Assembly (NCBI GenBank): GCA_964392925.1
Contig: CAYMRP010000003.1
Coordinates: 50,786-114,785, forward strand
Source: an uncultured Gammaproteobacteria bacterium
Lineage (GTDB): Bacteria > Patescibacteriota > Microgenomatia > Daviesbacterales > UBA10151
Direction of reading: 5' to 3'
Length of the DNA: 64,000 nucleotides
In this document: piece by piece, positions 36,892-46,776 of the stretch
Position numbering within the stretch: the stretch's first letter is position 1
Layout of the letters: every line of letters begins with the position of its first letter
Notes under the pieces: model-generated
Databases searched by the model: none
The model's input: only the letters and a program-made list of their open reading frames with translations
Told to the model about the DNA's origin: nothing
Made by a program: the position numbers and the translations under genes

Positions 36892-38283
36892 ATGGATGCC
36901 GATTCTCCTCAATCAATCATAAAGAATAAAGGCTTTCTAAATCTTTGGATTAATCAAATTTTGGTGCAATTGTCTTATAACTGTCTTAATTTTGGACTTT
37001 TGGTTTGGGTTTACCACTTAACACAATCTTCGCTGGCTGTTTCTTTAATGCTATTTTCAGTTTATTTACCATCAGTTATTTTCGGACTATTTGCAGGGGT
37101 GTTGGTCGATATCACGGATCGCAAAAAAATAATAATGATTATTAACTTACTGCTGGCTGTTTGCTTTATTGCTCTGATCCCATTTAAGGCAAGTTTTATG
37201 GCGATATTGGTTATTGTATTTTTGGTTAATTCGTTAGTTCAGTTTTATGTTCCAGCGGAGTCTTCGGCGATTCCTTTAATATGTAAGAGAGATCAATTAC
37301 TAGCAGCGAACTCACTTTTTTCAATTACTTTATTTGGATCTTTTTTGGCGGGGTTTGGAATAGCCGGTCCGCTTATCAATATGTTTGATATTAATTTTGT
37401 TTTTGGATTTGGAGCTGTGTTACTAATGATTGCTTTCTTTCTTTCTTTTCTTTTTCCGCCGATAAAAAGTGATCTTGATCCTTTAGGAAGAAAACTGGTA
37501 ACAGCATTTGAGGAAAAGAATATTGCCCAGATTACTGAGGTTGGAATTAAAGAAATGAAGAACACCTTTTACTTGATAAAAGGCCGGATTCCAGTAACAG
37601 CGTCACTGTTTATTCTGGCATCAGTACAAGTGGCAATAGCAGTTCTAGGAGCTTTAATCCCATCATTTTTTGAGAGAACGCTTAAGATAAATGCAACTGA
37701 TGCCTCGTTTATCTTAGTGCTGCCGTTGGGAATTGGAATGGTTTTAGGAGGGGTTTTACTTAGTCGTTGGGGACATATACTTCCGAAGAGGACGATTGTA
37801 TCCACAGGTATTGCAACAGCGGGGTTATTGTTTTTTATCCTGGGTGTAGCTCCTCTACTCGCCCCATTAATTGAGTATTTACCAATGGAGAAAACGCTTT
37901 CGTTTGTTGAAAGATTACCTCTTTCGACAATCCTGATTTCCGGATCATTTATGCTTGGGTTATCAATGGTGTCGATTGTTGTTCCGTCACAAACTGCACT
38001 TCAGGAATATAGTCCGGAGCGTGATAGAGGAAAAGTTTATGCGGCGCTGTCGGTTCTTATGTCAGCGTTAACACTTGTTCCCGTAATTTTAGCTGGTATT
38101 TCGGCAGATTATTTTGGGGTGGGGCCAATATTTATTGCAATGGGGGGAACAGTTGCATTGCTAGGACTTATGGCCCTTAAACCAGATTTCTATTTTTCAA
38201 AAAAGCAGTTATCACCAAAGATTAGAAGATTCTTAGGGGTGGGGCATTGGAGAAAACTGCGAGAGAGAATGAAACGCAACTAA
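36892..38283 (+). CDS. MFS transporter (12 TMS)
   Basis: 12 hydrophobic segments with motif-A-like DITDRKKIIMI. Confidence 0.7.
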   Translation: MDADSPQSIIKNKGFLNLWINQILVQLSYNCLNFGLLVWVYHLTQSSLAVSLMLFSVYLPSVIFGLFAGVLVDITDRKKIIMIINLLLAVCFIALIPFKASFMAILVIVFLVNSLVQFYVPAESSAIPLICKRDQLLAANSLFSITLFGSFLAGFGIAGPLINMFDINFVFGFGAVLLMIAFFLSFLFPPIKSDLDPLGRKLVTAFEEKNIAQITEVGIKEMKNTFYLIKGRIPVTASLFILASVQVAIAVLGALIPSFFERTLKINATDASFILVLPLGIGMVLGGVLLSRWGHILPKRTIVSTGIATAGLLFFILGVAPLLAPLIEYLPMEKTLSFVERLPLSTILISGSFMLGLSMVSIVVPSQTALQEYSPERDRGKVYAALSVLMSALTLVPVILAGISADYFGVGPIFIAMGGTVALLGLMALKPDFYFSKKQLSPKIRRFLGVGHWRKLRERMKRN

Positions 38284-38310
38284 GATTGTTTTGTATTGTA
38301 TACTTGCCGA

Positions 38311-39363
38311 ATGCGTTTGAAATCACTAAATCTTCAAAATTTCCGGAACCTAATTGATACAGAAATTCAATTTGATAAAGAAGTAACTGTTCTAATTGGG
38401 GACAATGCTCAAGGGAAAACTAATTTTTTAGAAAGTGTTTATTTTTTATCAACAGGAAAGCCGATTAAGACCGAAACTGAGGAAGAAGTGATAAAGTTTG
38501 GAGAGGGTTCGGTGAATGTTGAAGGAATTGTAAAAAGTAATAATGAGGAAACCGGTATCTCGACAATTATACAAAGCATTAATTCTAGTCTGAGGAAAAG
38601 GTTTTTGGTTAATGGAATTCCCCGGCGACTTTTAGATTACTCAGGAAATCTGGTGGCGGTTTTTTTTAGGCCGGAGGATATTGATTTAATTACAGGGTCT
38701 CCAAGTATTAGGCGAGAATATATTGATCAAACAATTGGTCAAATAGATAGAGATTATCGAAAGACTCTAAGCGCATACCAGAAAGTTATTACCCAGAGAA
38801 ATAAGTTATTAAAGTCGATAAGAGAAGGGGTGTCGAAGACTGATGAACTGGATTTTTGGAATGATCAGCAGCTTAAATTAGGGACTGCGTTGCAAGAGAA
38901 AAGACAAAGCTTTTTTGAAGTGATAAATTCTTTCGGCCGGAAGTTTGGCGATTTTGAATATAGATATATTCCTAATTTGATTTCGGGGAACAGGCTTAAA
39001 GAAATAAATCCCCGTGAGATTCAGGCAGCTGTTTCTTTAATTGGTCCGCATAGAGATGATTTTATTTTTTTCTTAGGGGAAAAAGATTTAGCAAAGTACG
39101 GATCAAGAGGTGAGCAAAGAACTGCAGTACTTGATTTAAAAATAACAGAGCTTTCATTTTTTGAAAATATTTTAGGAGAGCGGCCGGTTCTTTTGTTGGA
39201 TGATATTTTCTCAGAGCTAGATGATTCTCATCGTCAACATGTTTTAGATTTGGCTAAACTTCAGCAAACTATAATTGCAACTGTTGAATATGACGACTAT
39301 TTAAAACAGGCTTTGGAGACGAGTCAGGTTTTTAGAGTGAAATCCGGAGTGATATCAGAATAG
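38311..39363 (+). CDS. recF: DNA replication and repair protein RecF
   Basis: MRLKSLNLQNFRN…GDNAQGKTNFLE (Walker A) and C-terminal LLLDDIFSELD (Walker B). Start at the second Met. Confidence 0.85.
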   Translation: MRLKSLNLQNFRNLIDTEIQFDKEVTVLIGDNAQGKTNFLESVYFLSTGKPIKTETEEEVIKFGEGSVNVEGIVKSNNEETGISTIIQSINSSLRKRFLVNGIPRRLLDYSGNLVAVFFRPEDIDLITGSPSIRREYIDQTIGQIDRDYRKTLSAYQKVITQRNKLLKSIREGVSKTDELDFWNDQQLKLGTALQEKRQSFFEVINSFGRKFGDFEYRYIPNLISGNRLKEINPREIQAAVSLIGPHRDDFIFFLGEKDLAKYGSRGEQRTAVLDLKITELSFFENILGERPVLLLDDIFSELDDSHRQHVLDLAKLQQTIIATVEYDDYLKQALETSQVFRVKSGVISE

Positions 39364-39663
39364 TTAGTTTCTATTCTCTAACTTTGATCTGATTTGAGAA
39401 AGCTGATAGGTGATAATTACAGCTAGCAGAGTAACAATGATTGCATAAAAGAATTTGTAGTAGATGGCGGTGTCTGGGAAGTAGGGCTGAATGAATTGAT
39501 CAACAAATGTTTTAATGGCTTCGTTCCAAGCGAGGGCCGCAACCAGACCAAATGCTGCGGTAGATAGAGTTAGCATTTGTTCGAGCAGCTCTTTCTTAAA
39601 ACTTTTCTTTTCAGCAGCTGTTGGCTCATCTGATTTTCTTGCCTGTTTTCTTTTCTTCGCCAT
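39364..39663 (-). CDS. Small membrane protein with basic N-terminus (hypothetical)
   Basis: MAKKRKQARK… then two TM helices. No family assigned. Confidence 0.4.
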   Translation of the reverse strand: MAKKRKQARKSDEPTAAEKKSFKKELLEQMLTLSTAAFGLVAALAWNEAIKTFVDQFIQPYFPDTAIYYKFFYAIIVTLLAVIITYQLSQIRSKLENRN

Positions 39664-39781
39664 AAGAGTATTATCTCATAGCTTAGTAATAGCTTCAACT
39701 TTTAGTAATTGACAGGAAAGACTAAAGCTATTAAGATTCCTATAATTTTGCAGTGAAAAAATGTAAGTTAGGGTTTAATTT

Positions 39782-39820
39782 ATGAACTTAGGGGCAGGTG
39801 CTAATAATTTAAATAGGTAG
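39782..39820 (+). CDS. Putative 12-aa leader peptide MNLGAGANNLNR upstream of carA
   Basis: ORF ends 4 nt before the terminator hairpin that abuts the carA start. Confidence 0.25.
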   Translation: MNLGAGANNLNR

Positions 39821-39824
39821 ATAA

Positions 39825-39848
39825 TCCACCAGCGGGTGGATTTTTTTT
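39825..39848 (+). terminator. Intrinsic terminator/attenuator directly upstream of carA (TCCACC-agcg-GGTGGA + T8)
   Basis: Perfect 6-bp stem with 4-nt loop and an 8-T run ending 6 nt before the carA ATG (39855). Confidence 0.55.
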
Positions 39849-39854
39849 AAAAAT

Positions 39855-40904
39855 ATGACAAAACTGATATTGACCGATGGGAGTACATACGAAGGTGAAT
39901 CTTTTGGGGCGGATGTTGATTCGTCGGGGGAAGTTGTTTTTAATACGGGAATGGCCGGCTATCCTGAGTCTTTGACTGATCCTTCATATTTTGGGCAAAT
40001 TTTAGTACTAACATATCCGATTGTAGGAAATTATGGAGTTCCGCCGAGGGAATATTTTGAATCGCATAAAATTTGGATAAAGGGATTAATTGTTCAAAAT
40101 TATATTGATAAGCCATCACATTTTGAGAGTCTAAAAACTTTAGGAGAATGGATGAAAGAAGAAGGGATTCCCGGGGTCTCGGGAGTTGATACAAGAGCTT
40201 TAACTTTAAAACTTCGACATCATGGGGTGATGCTAGGGAAAATTGTATCAAGTATCAAGGGTCAGGTATCAGGGAAAAAACAGTATGATCCGAATTTGCA
40301 GAATGTTTTACCGGAAGTTTCCAGAAAAACGGTGGAGGTTTATGGTGATGGTAAAAAATCAATTGTTTTAATTGACTGTGGTGATAAAGAAAATATTATC
40401 AGGTCGTTTGTTAAAAGAAATGTTAAAGTGCAGGTTGTTCCCTGGGACTTTAATCCAATTAAAGAGGGGTTAAAGTTTGACGGGGTGATGATTTCGAATG
40501 GGCCCGGAGATCCGAAATTGGCCAAAGCCACAATTGGAAATATTAAAGAATTGTTAAAGAGGGGAATTCCAACATTTGGAATTTGTTTGGGATCTCAACT
40601 TTTGGCTTTAGCATCTGGTGCTGATACTTACAAATTAAAATTTGGACATAGAGGTCAAAATCAGCCGGTATTTGATGTGATAAATAAAAAAGCTTTAATC
40701 ACCTCACAGAATCATGGATTTGCAGTTGATACTAAAACATTAAAGCCCGGTTGGGTTGAATGGTTTAAGAATTTAAATGACGGGACTAATGAAGGAATCA
40801 GACATACGACGAAACCTTTTATGTCGATACAATTTCATCCAGAAGCTTCTCCAGGACCAATTGATGCAGACTATTTATTTGATGAATTTTTAACATACCT
40901 ATGA
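39855..40904 (+). CDS. carA: Carbamoyl-phosphate synthase small subunit
   Basis: N-terminal CPSase small-chain domain plus class I GATase (GICLGSQLL Cys; HPEA). Confidence 0.9.
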   Translation: MTKLILTDGSTYEGESFGADVDSSGEVVFNTGMAGYPESLTDPSYFGQILVLTYPIVGNYGVPPREYFESHKIWIKGLIVQNYIDKPSHFESLKTLGEWMKEEGIPGVSGVDTRALTLKLRHHGVMLGKIVSSIKGQVSGKKQYDPNLQNVLPEVSRKTVEVYGDGKKSIVLIDCGDKENIIRSFVKRNVKVQVVPWDFNPIKEGLKFDGVMISNGPGDPKLAKATIGNIKELLKRGIPTFGICLGSQLLALASGADTYKLKFGHRGQNQPVFDVINKKALITSQNHGFAVDTKTLKPGWVEWFKNLNDGTNEGIRHTTKPFMSIQFHPEASPGPIDADYLFDEFLTYL

Positions 40905-43900
40905 TAAATAAGAATCAAGAATCGGGAATCAAGAGTCAAGATAATAAAGTAAGTAAAGTTTTATTACTCGGATCTGGTGCACTAAAAATAGGACAGGCTG
41001 GTGAGTTTGATTACTCGGGATCTCAGGCTTTAAAAGCCCTAAAAGAAGAGGGAGTTTATACAATTTTAGTTAATCCAAATATAGCGACAATTCAGACCTC
41101 AAAAGATTTAGCTGATAAAATTTATTTTCTTCCGGTTGATCCATACTTTATTACAGAAATTATTAAGAAGGAAAAACCAGATGGGATAATGTTGTCATTT
41201 GGTGGTCAGACTGCTTTAAACTGCGGATTAGAGCTTGATAAGAATGGGATTTTGAAAAAGTATAAAGTAAAAGTTTTAGGAACTCCAGTTAAGAGCATTG
41301 AAGTGACAGAAGACAGGGAATTGTTTGCACAGCAGCTTGACTCGATAGGGATAAAAACTCCAAGCGGAGGGTTTGCGAGAAACGCAAAGCAGGCGATGGT
41401 GTTAGCGAAAAAACTAGGATTTCCTTTGATGATTAGGTCCGGTTTTTCCTTAGGAGGACTGGGATCTATGGTGGTTGAAGATATGCCTCAATTTGAGAAA
41501 GCGATAGAGGTGGCGTTTGCGAATGCTCCGCAAATTTCAGTAGAAGAATATTTAAGGCATTGGAAAGAAATTGAGTACGAAATTGTTAGAGATAAAAATG
41601 GATTTAAAATTACAGTTTGCAATATGGAGAACTTTGATCCGTTGGGAGTCCATACCGGGGAGAGTATTGTGGTTGCACCATCGCAAACTTTAAATAACTA
41701 TCAATATCATTTCTTAAGAAAAATTTCGTTAAAGGTTATAGAGCATTTAAAGATTGTTGGAGAATGTAATATTCAGTTTGCACTCGATCCGGTTTCTAAT
41801 GATTATAGAGTGATTGAGGTTAATGCAAGATTATCAAGATCATCGGCTTTGGCTTCTAAAGCGACTGGGTATCCTTTGGCTTATGTTGCCGCAAAACTGG
41901 CTATGGGAGCTGATTTAACTGAACTCCGAAATGCAGTTACTAAAAAAACTTCGGCTTTTTTTGAGCCGGCTCTTGATTACATTGTTTTAAAAATGCCGAG
42001 ATGGGATTTGCAAAAATTTGAAGGCAGTTTGAATCAAATTGGTTCGGAGATGAAATCAGTGGGAGAGGTTATGAGTATTGGCCGGTCTTTCCCTGAGGTT
42101 TTACAGAAAGCCGTCAGGATGCTGGAAACAGGGCAGGATGGATTGTTGGGAGGGTCAAGTATCAAGAGTCAGGTATCAAGGGTTCTAACCCCTCACACCA
42201 AAAGACTATTTGATTTGGCCAATAGTTTTGTCGGAGGTTTTTCTGTAGATGAAATTTACAGCAAGACAGGGATTGATAAATGGTTTTTATATCAAGTTGA
42301 AGAGATTGCCAAATTTGAGGATTCATTAAGAAGTAAAAAGATTAGCAGGACAAAAGAGATACTTTTGAAGGCAAAGAAGTTAGGATTTTCAGATCAGTTA
42401 GTAGGTTTGGGATTTGGAATTAATGAAAATGAAGTGAGGATTTTAAGAAAGAAATGGGGAGTTATGCCAGTTGTTAAACAAATTGATACTTTAGCTGGAG
42501 AGTTTCCGGCAGAGACCAATTATTTGTATTTGACATATCACGGGAGTGAATCTGAAGCTGGTGATGTAAAGGGGTCTAAGAATAAGGCAATTGTTTTAGG
42601 GTCAGGACCGTATAGGATTGGATCATCGGTTGAATTTGATTGGGGAGCAGTGACGGCGGCAAATACTTTGAGGGATAAAAAATACCAAACAATTATTATT
42701 AATTGTAATCCGGAAACTGTTTCGACTGATTTTGATAACGCAGATAAATTATATTTTGAGGAACTATCTTTTGAGAGGGTGGCAGATATTTATGAAATCG
42801 AGGAAACTGCAAAACTAGTTTTGGCTTTTGGGGGACAGGTGCCAAATAATTTGGCGCTGAAAGCATTCAAATACGGAATGAATATTTTTGGCACAAGTCC
42901 TGAGGATATTGATAAGGCAGAAAACAGGAAGAAATTTTCTGGGCTGCTTGATGATTTAGAAATAAGTCAGCCAGAATGGGGAAGTTTTGATGATACTGAG
43001 AAAGCATTAAAGTTTGCTAAAAAGACAGGCTATCCGGTTTTGGTCAGGCCATCGTATGTTTTATCGGGTGCAGCGATGAATGTTGCTAATTCAGCAACAG
43101 AATTAAAACATTTCTTGGGGAATGCAGCTGAAGTATCAGGAGATTATCCGGTGGTTGTTTCAAAATTTATCATTAATGCTAAGGAGATTGAGATTGATGG
43201 GGTCGGACAAAGAGGTGAATTAAAATTATATGCGATTTCTGAGCATATCGAGAATGCAGGAGTTCACTCAGGAGACGCAACGCTTGTTTTGCCGCCGCAA
43301 AGGCTCTATTTGGAAACAATCAGACAAATTAAGAATGCGACCAAAAAAATTATTAGAAAACTAAATATAACCGGACCTTTTAATATTCAGTTTATGGCCA
43401 AGGATAATAATGTATTAGTGATTGAGCTTAATTTGCGGTCTTCAAGATCTCTACCATTTGTATCAAAAGTGACAAACATAAATTTTGCAGAGAAAGCGAT
43501 GCTGGCAATGCTGGGGGAGGATATCTCGGCTGATTATGAAACTTTAGAATTGGATTATGTGGGAGTGAAAGTTCCGCAGTTTTCATTCAATAGAATAAAA
43601 GGTGCCGACCCAAAGTTAAGAGTTGAAATGTCTTCGACTGGTGAGGTTGGGGTATTTGGAGAAAATCTGGAGGAAGCATATTTAAAGGCAATGTTGGCTA
43701 CTGGATGGAATTGGCCGAAGAAAAATGTATTTGTTTCAATTGGAGGGGATGAAAATAAGATTGAGTTTTTGGAGTCAGTCAGAAAACTAAGTAAGCTGGG
43801 GCTTAATATATATGCAACAGATAAGACTTCTAAGTTCTTAAGTGAGAGCGGCGTTAAGAATAGTCGGGTTAGTAAGATCTCGGAGAACGCTAATTCATCT

Positions 43901-44149
43901 GTTTTGGATTTAATTAGAGAGGGCAAAATTGAGCTGGCTATTAACATCTCTGACACCAGTGAGAGTACACAAGGCTTATCGGCTGGTAAAGATTCTCAAG
44001 ATGGATTTTTAATTAGACGGAACTGTATTGATTACTCGGTGCCGTTGGTGACTAATTTGCAAACGGCGATTGTTTTAGCTTCAGCACTTGCTACTAATAA
44101 GTTAGAAGATCTTAAAATTAAAGCCTGGGATGAATATAAAGAGTCATAA
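40901..44149 (+). CDS. carB: Carbamoyl-phosphate synthase large subunit
   Basis: 1082 aa with two ATP-grasp halves, an oligomerisation domain and a C-terminal MGS-like domain. ATGA overlap with carA. Confidence 0.95.
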   Translation: MINKNQESGIKSQDNKVSKVLLLGSGALKIGQAGEFDYSGSQALKALKEEGVYTILVNPNIATIQTSKDLADKIYFLPVDPYFITEIIKKEKPDGIMLSFGGQTALNCGLELDKNGILKKYKVKVLGTPVKSIEVTEDRELFAQQLDSIGIKTPSGGFARNAKQAMVLAKKLGFPLMIRSGFSLGGLGSMVVEDMPQFEKAIEVAFANAPQISVEEYLRHWKEIEYEIVRDKNGFKITVCNMENFDPLGVHTGESIVVAPSQTLNNYQYHFLRKISLKVIEHLKIVGECNIQFALDPVSNDYRVIEVNARLSRSSALASKATGYPLAYVAAKLAMGADLTELRNAVTKKTSAFFEPALDYIVLKMPRWDLQKFEGSLNQIGSEMKSVGEVMSIGRSFPEVLQKAVRMLETGQDGLLGGSSIKSQVSRVLTPHTKRLFDLANSFVGGFSVDEIYSKTGIDKWFLYQVEEIAKFEDSLRSKKISRTKEILLKAKKLGFSDQLVGLGFGINENEVRILRKKWGVMPVVKQIDTLAGEFPAETNYLYLTYHGSESEAGDVKGSKNKAIVLGSGPYRIGSSVEFDWGAVTAANTLRDKKYQTIIINCNPETVSTDFDNADKLYFEELSFERVADIYEIEETAKLVLAFGGQVPNNLALKAFKYGMNIFGTSPEDIDKAENRKKFSGLLDDLEISQPEWGSFDDTEKALKFAKKTGYPVLVRPSYVLSGAAMNVANSATELKHFLGNAAEVSGDYPVVVSKFIINAKEIEIDGVGQRGELKLYAISEHIENAGVHSGDATLVLPPQRLYLETIRQIKNATKKIIRKLNITGPFNIQFMAKDNNVLVIELNLRSSRSLPFVSKVTNINFAEKAMLAMLGEDISADYETLELDYVGVKVPQFSFNRIKGADPKLRVEMSSTGEVGVFGENLEEAYLKAMLATGWNWPKKNVFVSIGGDENKIEFLESVRKLSKLGLNIYATDKTSKFLSESGVKNSRVSKISENANSSVLDLIREGKIELAINISDTSESTQGLSAGKDSQDGFLIRRNCIDYSVPLVTNLQTAIVLASALATNKLEDLKIKAWDEYKES

Positions 44150-44233
44150 TCTATACAATCTGCGTTAAATCTGCGACAATTATGCGGTAATTAATTTATG
44201 GAGGTATTTTCTGTTAATTGATTCTAGAAGAAG

Positions 44234-45313
44234 ATGTTTGTTCCTAAATATACAATCACTAATTCAATATTAAAGAATGTCGGGATAATTGATGCTTCGA
44301 GAGAGGTTATTATGAATGCTCCTCTGATACCCGCCTGGGAGGCTAAATTTAAGAAAGAGGCGATTGAGAGGACTGTACATCACGGGACGCATCTTGAGGG
44401 GAATAGATTAACGGATGAAGAGGTTAAAGATGTGCTTGACGGTAAAGAGGTTTTAGCGAGGGAACGGGACATTCAGGAAATTATTAATTACCGCAATGTA
44501 TTGAAATTTATTGATTCAATTGCTGAGCAAATGAAAAATTCAAAGAACTACTTTCTAACAATGGAAGGACTGCTGGAAATACATAGAATAACAACGGATA
44601 GGATTTTACCGCAGGAATCGTGCGGTAAATTTAGAAAAAGCCAGGTAGTTATTAAAAATGCCCAAACTGGTCAAATTTCTTATACTCCGCCGCCTGCTGC
44701 AGAAGTGTCTTATTTAGTTGAGGACTTAATAAATTGGATTAATGATTCAGAAGTTAAAGATATGCATCCGGCAATAAAGGCAGGAATAATTCATTATGAG
44801 GTTTCCAGAATTCATCCTTTTTTAGATGGCAATGGAAGAACAGGGAGGGCGGCTGCAACTTTGATTATGTTTTTGGATGGTTATGATATAAGAAAGTTTT
44901 TTTCTTTGGAGGAGTATTTTGACGAGAATCCGATGGATTATTATTTAACCCTTCAGAAGGTGTCGAATCAGTTAGTGCTGGATACACATGAGAGAGATTT
45001 AACGCCTTGGTTGGAGTATTTTATAAAAGGTGTGGCGATAGAACTTAACAGGGTGAAAGACCGGGTGAGAAGAGTTTCAACAGATGCGAGAATTAAGAAT
45101 CAGCTGGGAGCGCAAATAGAGTTGAATGAGAGACAAATGTTGATAATGGAATATTTACATAGACACGGCAGTATGCAAAATAAAGATTTTAGAAAGATTT
45201 TTCCGGACTTTTCAGACGATACAGTTTTAAGAGAGATGCGGTTTCTTAAGAAAAAAGGGCTTATCAAAAAAGTGGGTGGAACTAAAAAAGCAAAGTATTT
45301 ATTAGATAAATAG
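44234..45313 (+). CDS. Fic-family protein (AMPylation-type FIC domain) with N-terminal inhibitory-helix region and C-terminal wHTH
   Basis: Fic motif HPFLDGNGRTGR. N-terminal TVHHGTHLEGNRLT resembles the class II inhibitory helix (S/T)xxxE(G/N), but Gly replaces Ser/Thr. Confidence 0.8.
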   Translation: MFVPKYTITNSILKNVGIIDASREVIMNAPLIPAWEAKFKKEAIERTVHHGTHLEGNRLTDEEVKDVLDGKEVLARERDIQEIINYRNVLKFIDSIAEQMKNSKNYFLTMEGLLEIHRITTDRILPQESCGKFRKSQVVIKNAQTGQISYTPPPAAEVSYLVEDLINWINDSEVKDMHPAIKAGIIHYEVSRIHPFLDGNGRTGRAAATLIMFLDGYDIRKFFSLEEYFDENPMDYYLTLQKVSNQLVLDTHERDLTPWLEYFIKGVAIELNRVKDRVRRVSTDARIKNQLGAQIELNERQMLIMEYLHRHGSMQNKDFRKIFPDFSDDTVLREMRFLKKKGLIKKVGGTKKAKYLLDK

Positions 45314-45349
45314 GTACCATATGTATCAAAAGTATCAAAGGGAGAGCGC

Positions 45350-46027
45350 ATGATTTATCTGCTTACTATATTTTTAGAGCTTACTGTATTACTTCTTTTT
45401 TCGATGATTATTCCGAGTTTGTTAACTCAAATTTTTTACTATTTCACCAAATCACATAAAGTTTCTGTTTGGATATTATCGTTAATTGTTTTACCAGGAA
45501 CTTTTGTTCATGAGATGGCGCATCTTTTGAGTGCCGGAGCAATGCTTGTTAGAGTTGGAGATATAAGTTTGATGCCGGAAATTAGAGAACATGGGGTAAA
45601 GCTGGGACACGTTGAAATCGAGAAAACGGATTTTTTTAGGCGAGCAATAATCGGCTTTGCACCGGTTTTCTTTGGAATGGCAATACTTGTCGGCGGAGTT
45701 TGGCTGGCTGATGATAGATTTTTTAGTCAAGGTAATTATCCAATTTGGCTCGTAATAACTTTATTTTATCTGGTGGTGGTTATTGGAAATACGATGTTTT
45801 CGAGTAAGAAGGATTTAGAAGGGACTTTAGGGTTTGTGGTGCTAATGGTCTCTGTTGTTGGCGCTATGTACTTTTTGGGGTTAAATCAGATATTTAGTTA
45901 TATTCAGAGTATGATTGAAAACCGGATTAGCTTTTTTCAGAATTTTGCTTACTTTTTAGCGATTCCTGTAGTCGGTAATATTTTGGTGTATATTACTGCG
46001 AAATTGTTAGTTCGAAAAATGTATTAA
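45350..46027 (+). CDS. Membrane protein with HExxH motif (putative zincin-like membrane peptidase, DUF3267-like)
   Basis: HEMAHLLSAG lies inside a predicted TM helix. Five or six TM segments. 225 aa. Confidence 0.4.
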   Translation: MIYLLTIFLELTVLLLFSMIIPSLLTQIFYYFTKSHKVSVWILSLIVLPGTFVHEMAHLLSAGAMLVRVGDISLMPEIREHGVKLGHVEIEKTDFFRRAIIGFAPVFFGMAILVGGVWLADDRFFSQGNYPIWLVITLFYLVVVIGNTMFSSKKDLEGTLGFVVLMVSVVGAMYFLGLNQIFSYIQSMIENRISFFQNFAYFLAIPVVGNILVYITAKLLVRKMY

Positions 46028-46049
46028 TGGGGTATTGAGAAACACTAAG

Positions 46050-46121
46050 TAGCAGGGGTGGGGCTCGAACCCACAGCCGCAGCGTTATGAGTGCTGTGCT
46101 CCACCATTGAGCTACCCTGCC
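46050..46121 (-). tRNA. tRNA with CAT anticodon (elongator Met or Ile2-lysidine type; not initiator-like)
   Basis: Reverse complement folds as GGCAGGG-TA-GCTC-AATGGTG-GAGC-A-CAGCA-CTCATAA-CGCTG-CGGCT-GTGGG-TTCGAGC-CCCAC-CCCTGCT-A. No 29-31 GGG run, so not fMet-like. Confidence 0.8.
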
Positions 46122-46188
46122 GGATTGAGGCTAATTGTAACAAATCTGAACCTTTCTCACAAACACGTATACTGATAGAATATTCAAA

Positions 46189-46737
46189 ATGCAAAAAGTA
46201 AATCCTTGGAAAAAGTTATCTTCAAGAGCTGTTTATAAGAATGATTGGTTTTCTGTTCGCGAAGATGAAGTAGAAAAGCCGGGGAATAGGACTGGGGTTT
46301 ATGGAGTGGTTGAGACAGATCCGTCTGTTTTTATTGTGGCTATTAACGATCAAGAAGAAGTTTATTTAGTCGGGCTTTTTAGATATCCGGTTTCCCAGTA
46401 TAGTTTAGAAATTCCGGCTGGGAGTTCTGATGGAGAAGATCTACTTGAAGCCGCAAAGAGAGAATTGCTTGAGGAAGCCGGACTTAAAGCACTAAGGTGG
46501 GAGAAAATTGGGAGTTTCATACCGCTTAACGGAATAGCCAATGAAATAAGTAATATTTTTATGGCTAGGGATTTGGAGGAAACAGGCAGCGAACTCGATC
46601 CTAATGAAGGAATTATGGAAGTCAGAAAAGTGCCTTTTGAAAGAGTGTTTGATTTGGTAAGATCTGGGGAGATATCAGATGGGCAAACAATTTCAGCATT
46701 AACGTTGGCTAAGATCCATTTAGGAAAGTGGTCATGA
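46189..46737 (+). CDS. NUDIX hydrolase (ADP-ribose pyrophosphatase-like)
   Basis: Nudix box GSSDGEDLLEAAKRELLEEAGL. Confidence 0.75.
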   Translation: MQKVNPWKKLSSRAVYKNDWFSVREDEVEKPGNRTGVYGVVETDPSVFIVAINDQEEVYLVGLFRYPVSQYSLEIPAGSSDGEDLLEAAKRELLEEAGLKALRWEKIGSFIPLNGIANEISNIFMARDLEETGSELDPNEGIMEVRKVPFERVFDLVRSGEISDGQTISALTLAKIHLGKWS

Positions 46738-46776
46738 ATTGTTAAATTGCTTCATTGCTAGAAGCTCAAATATATT

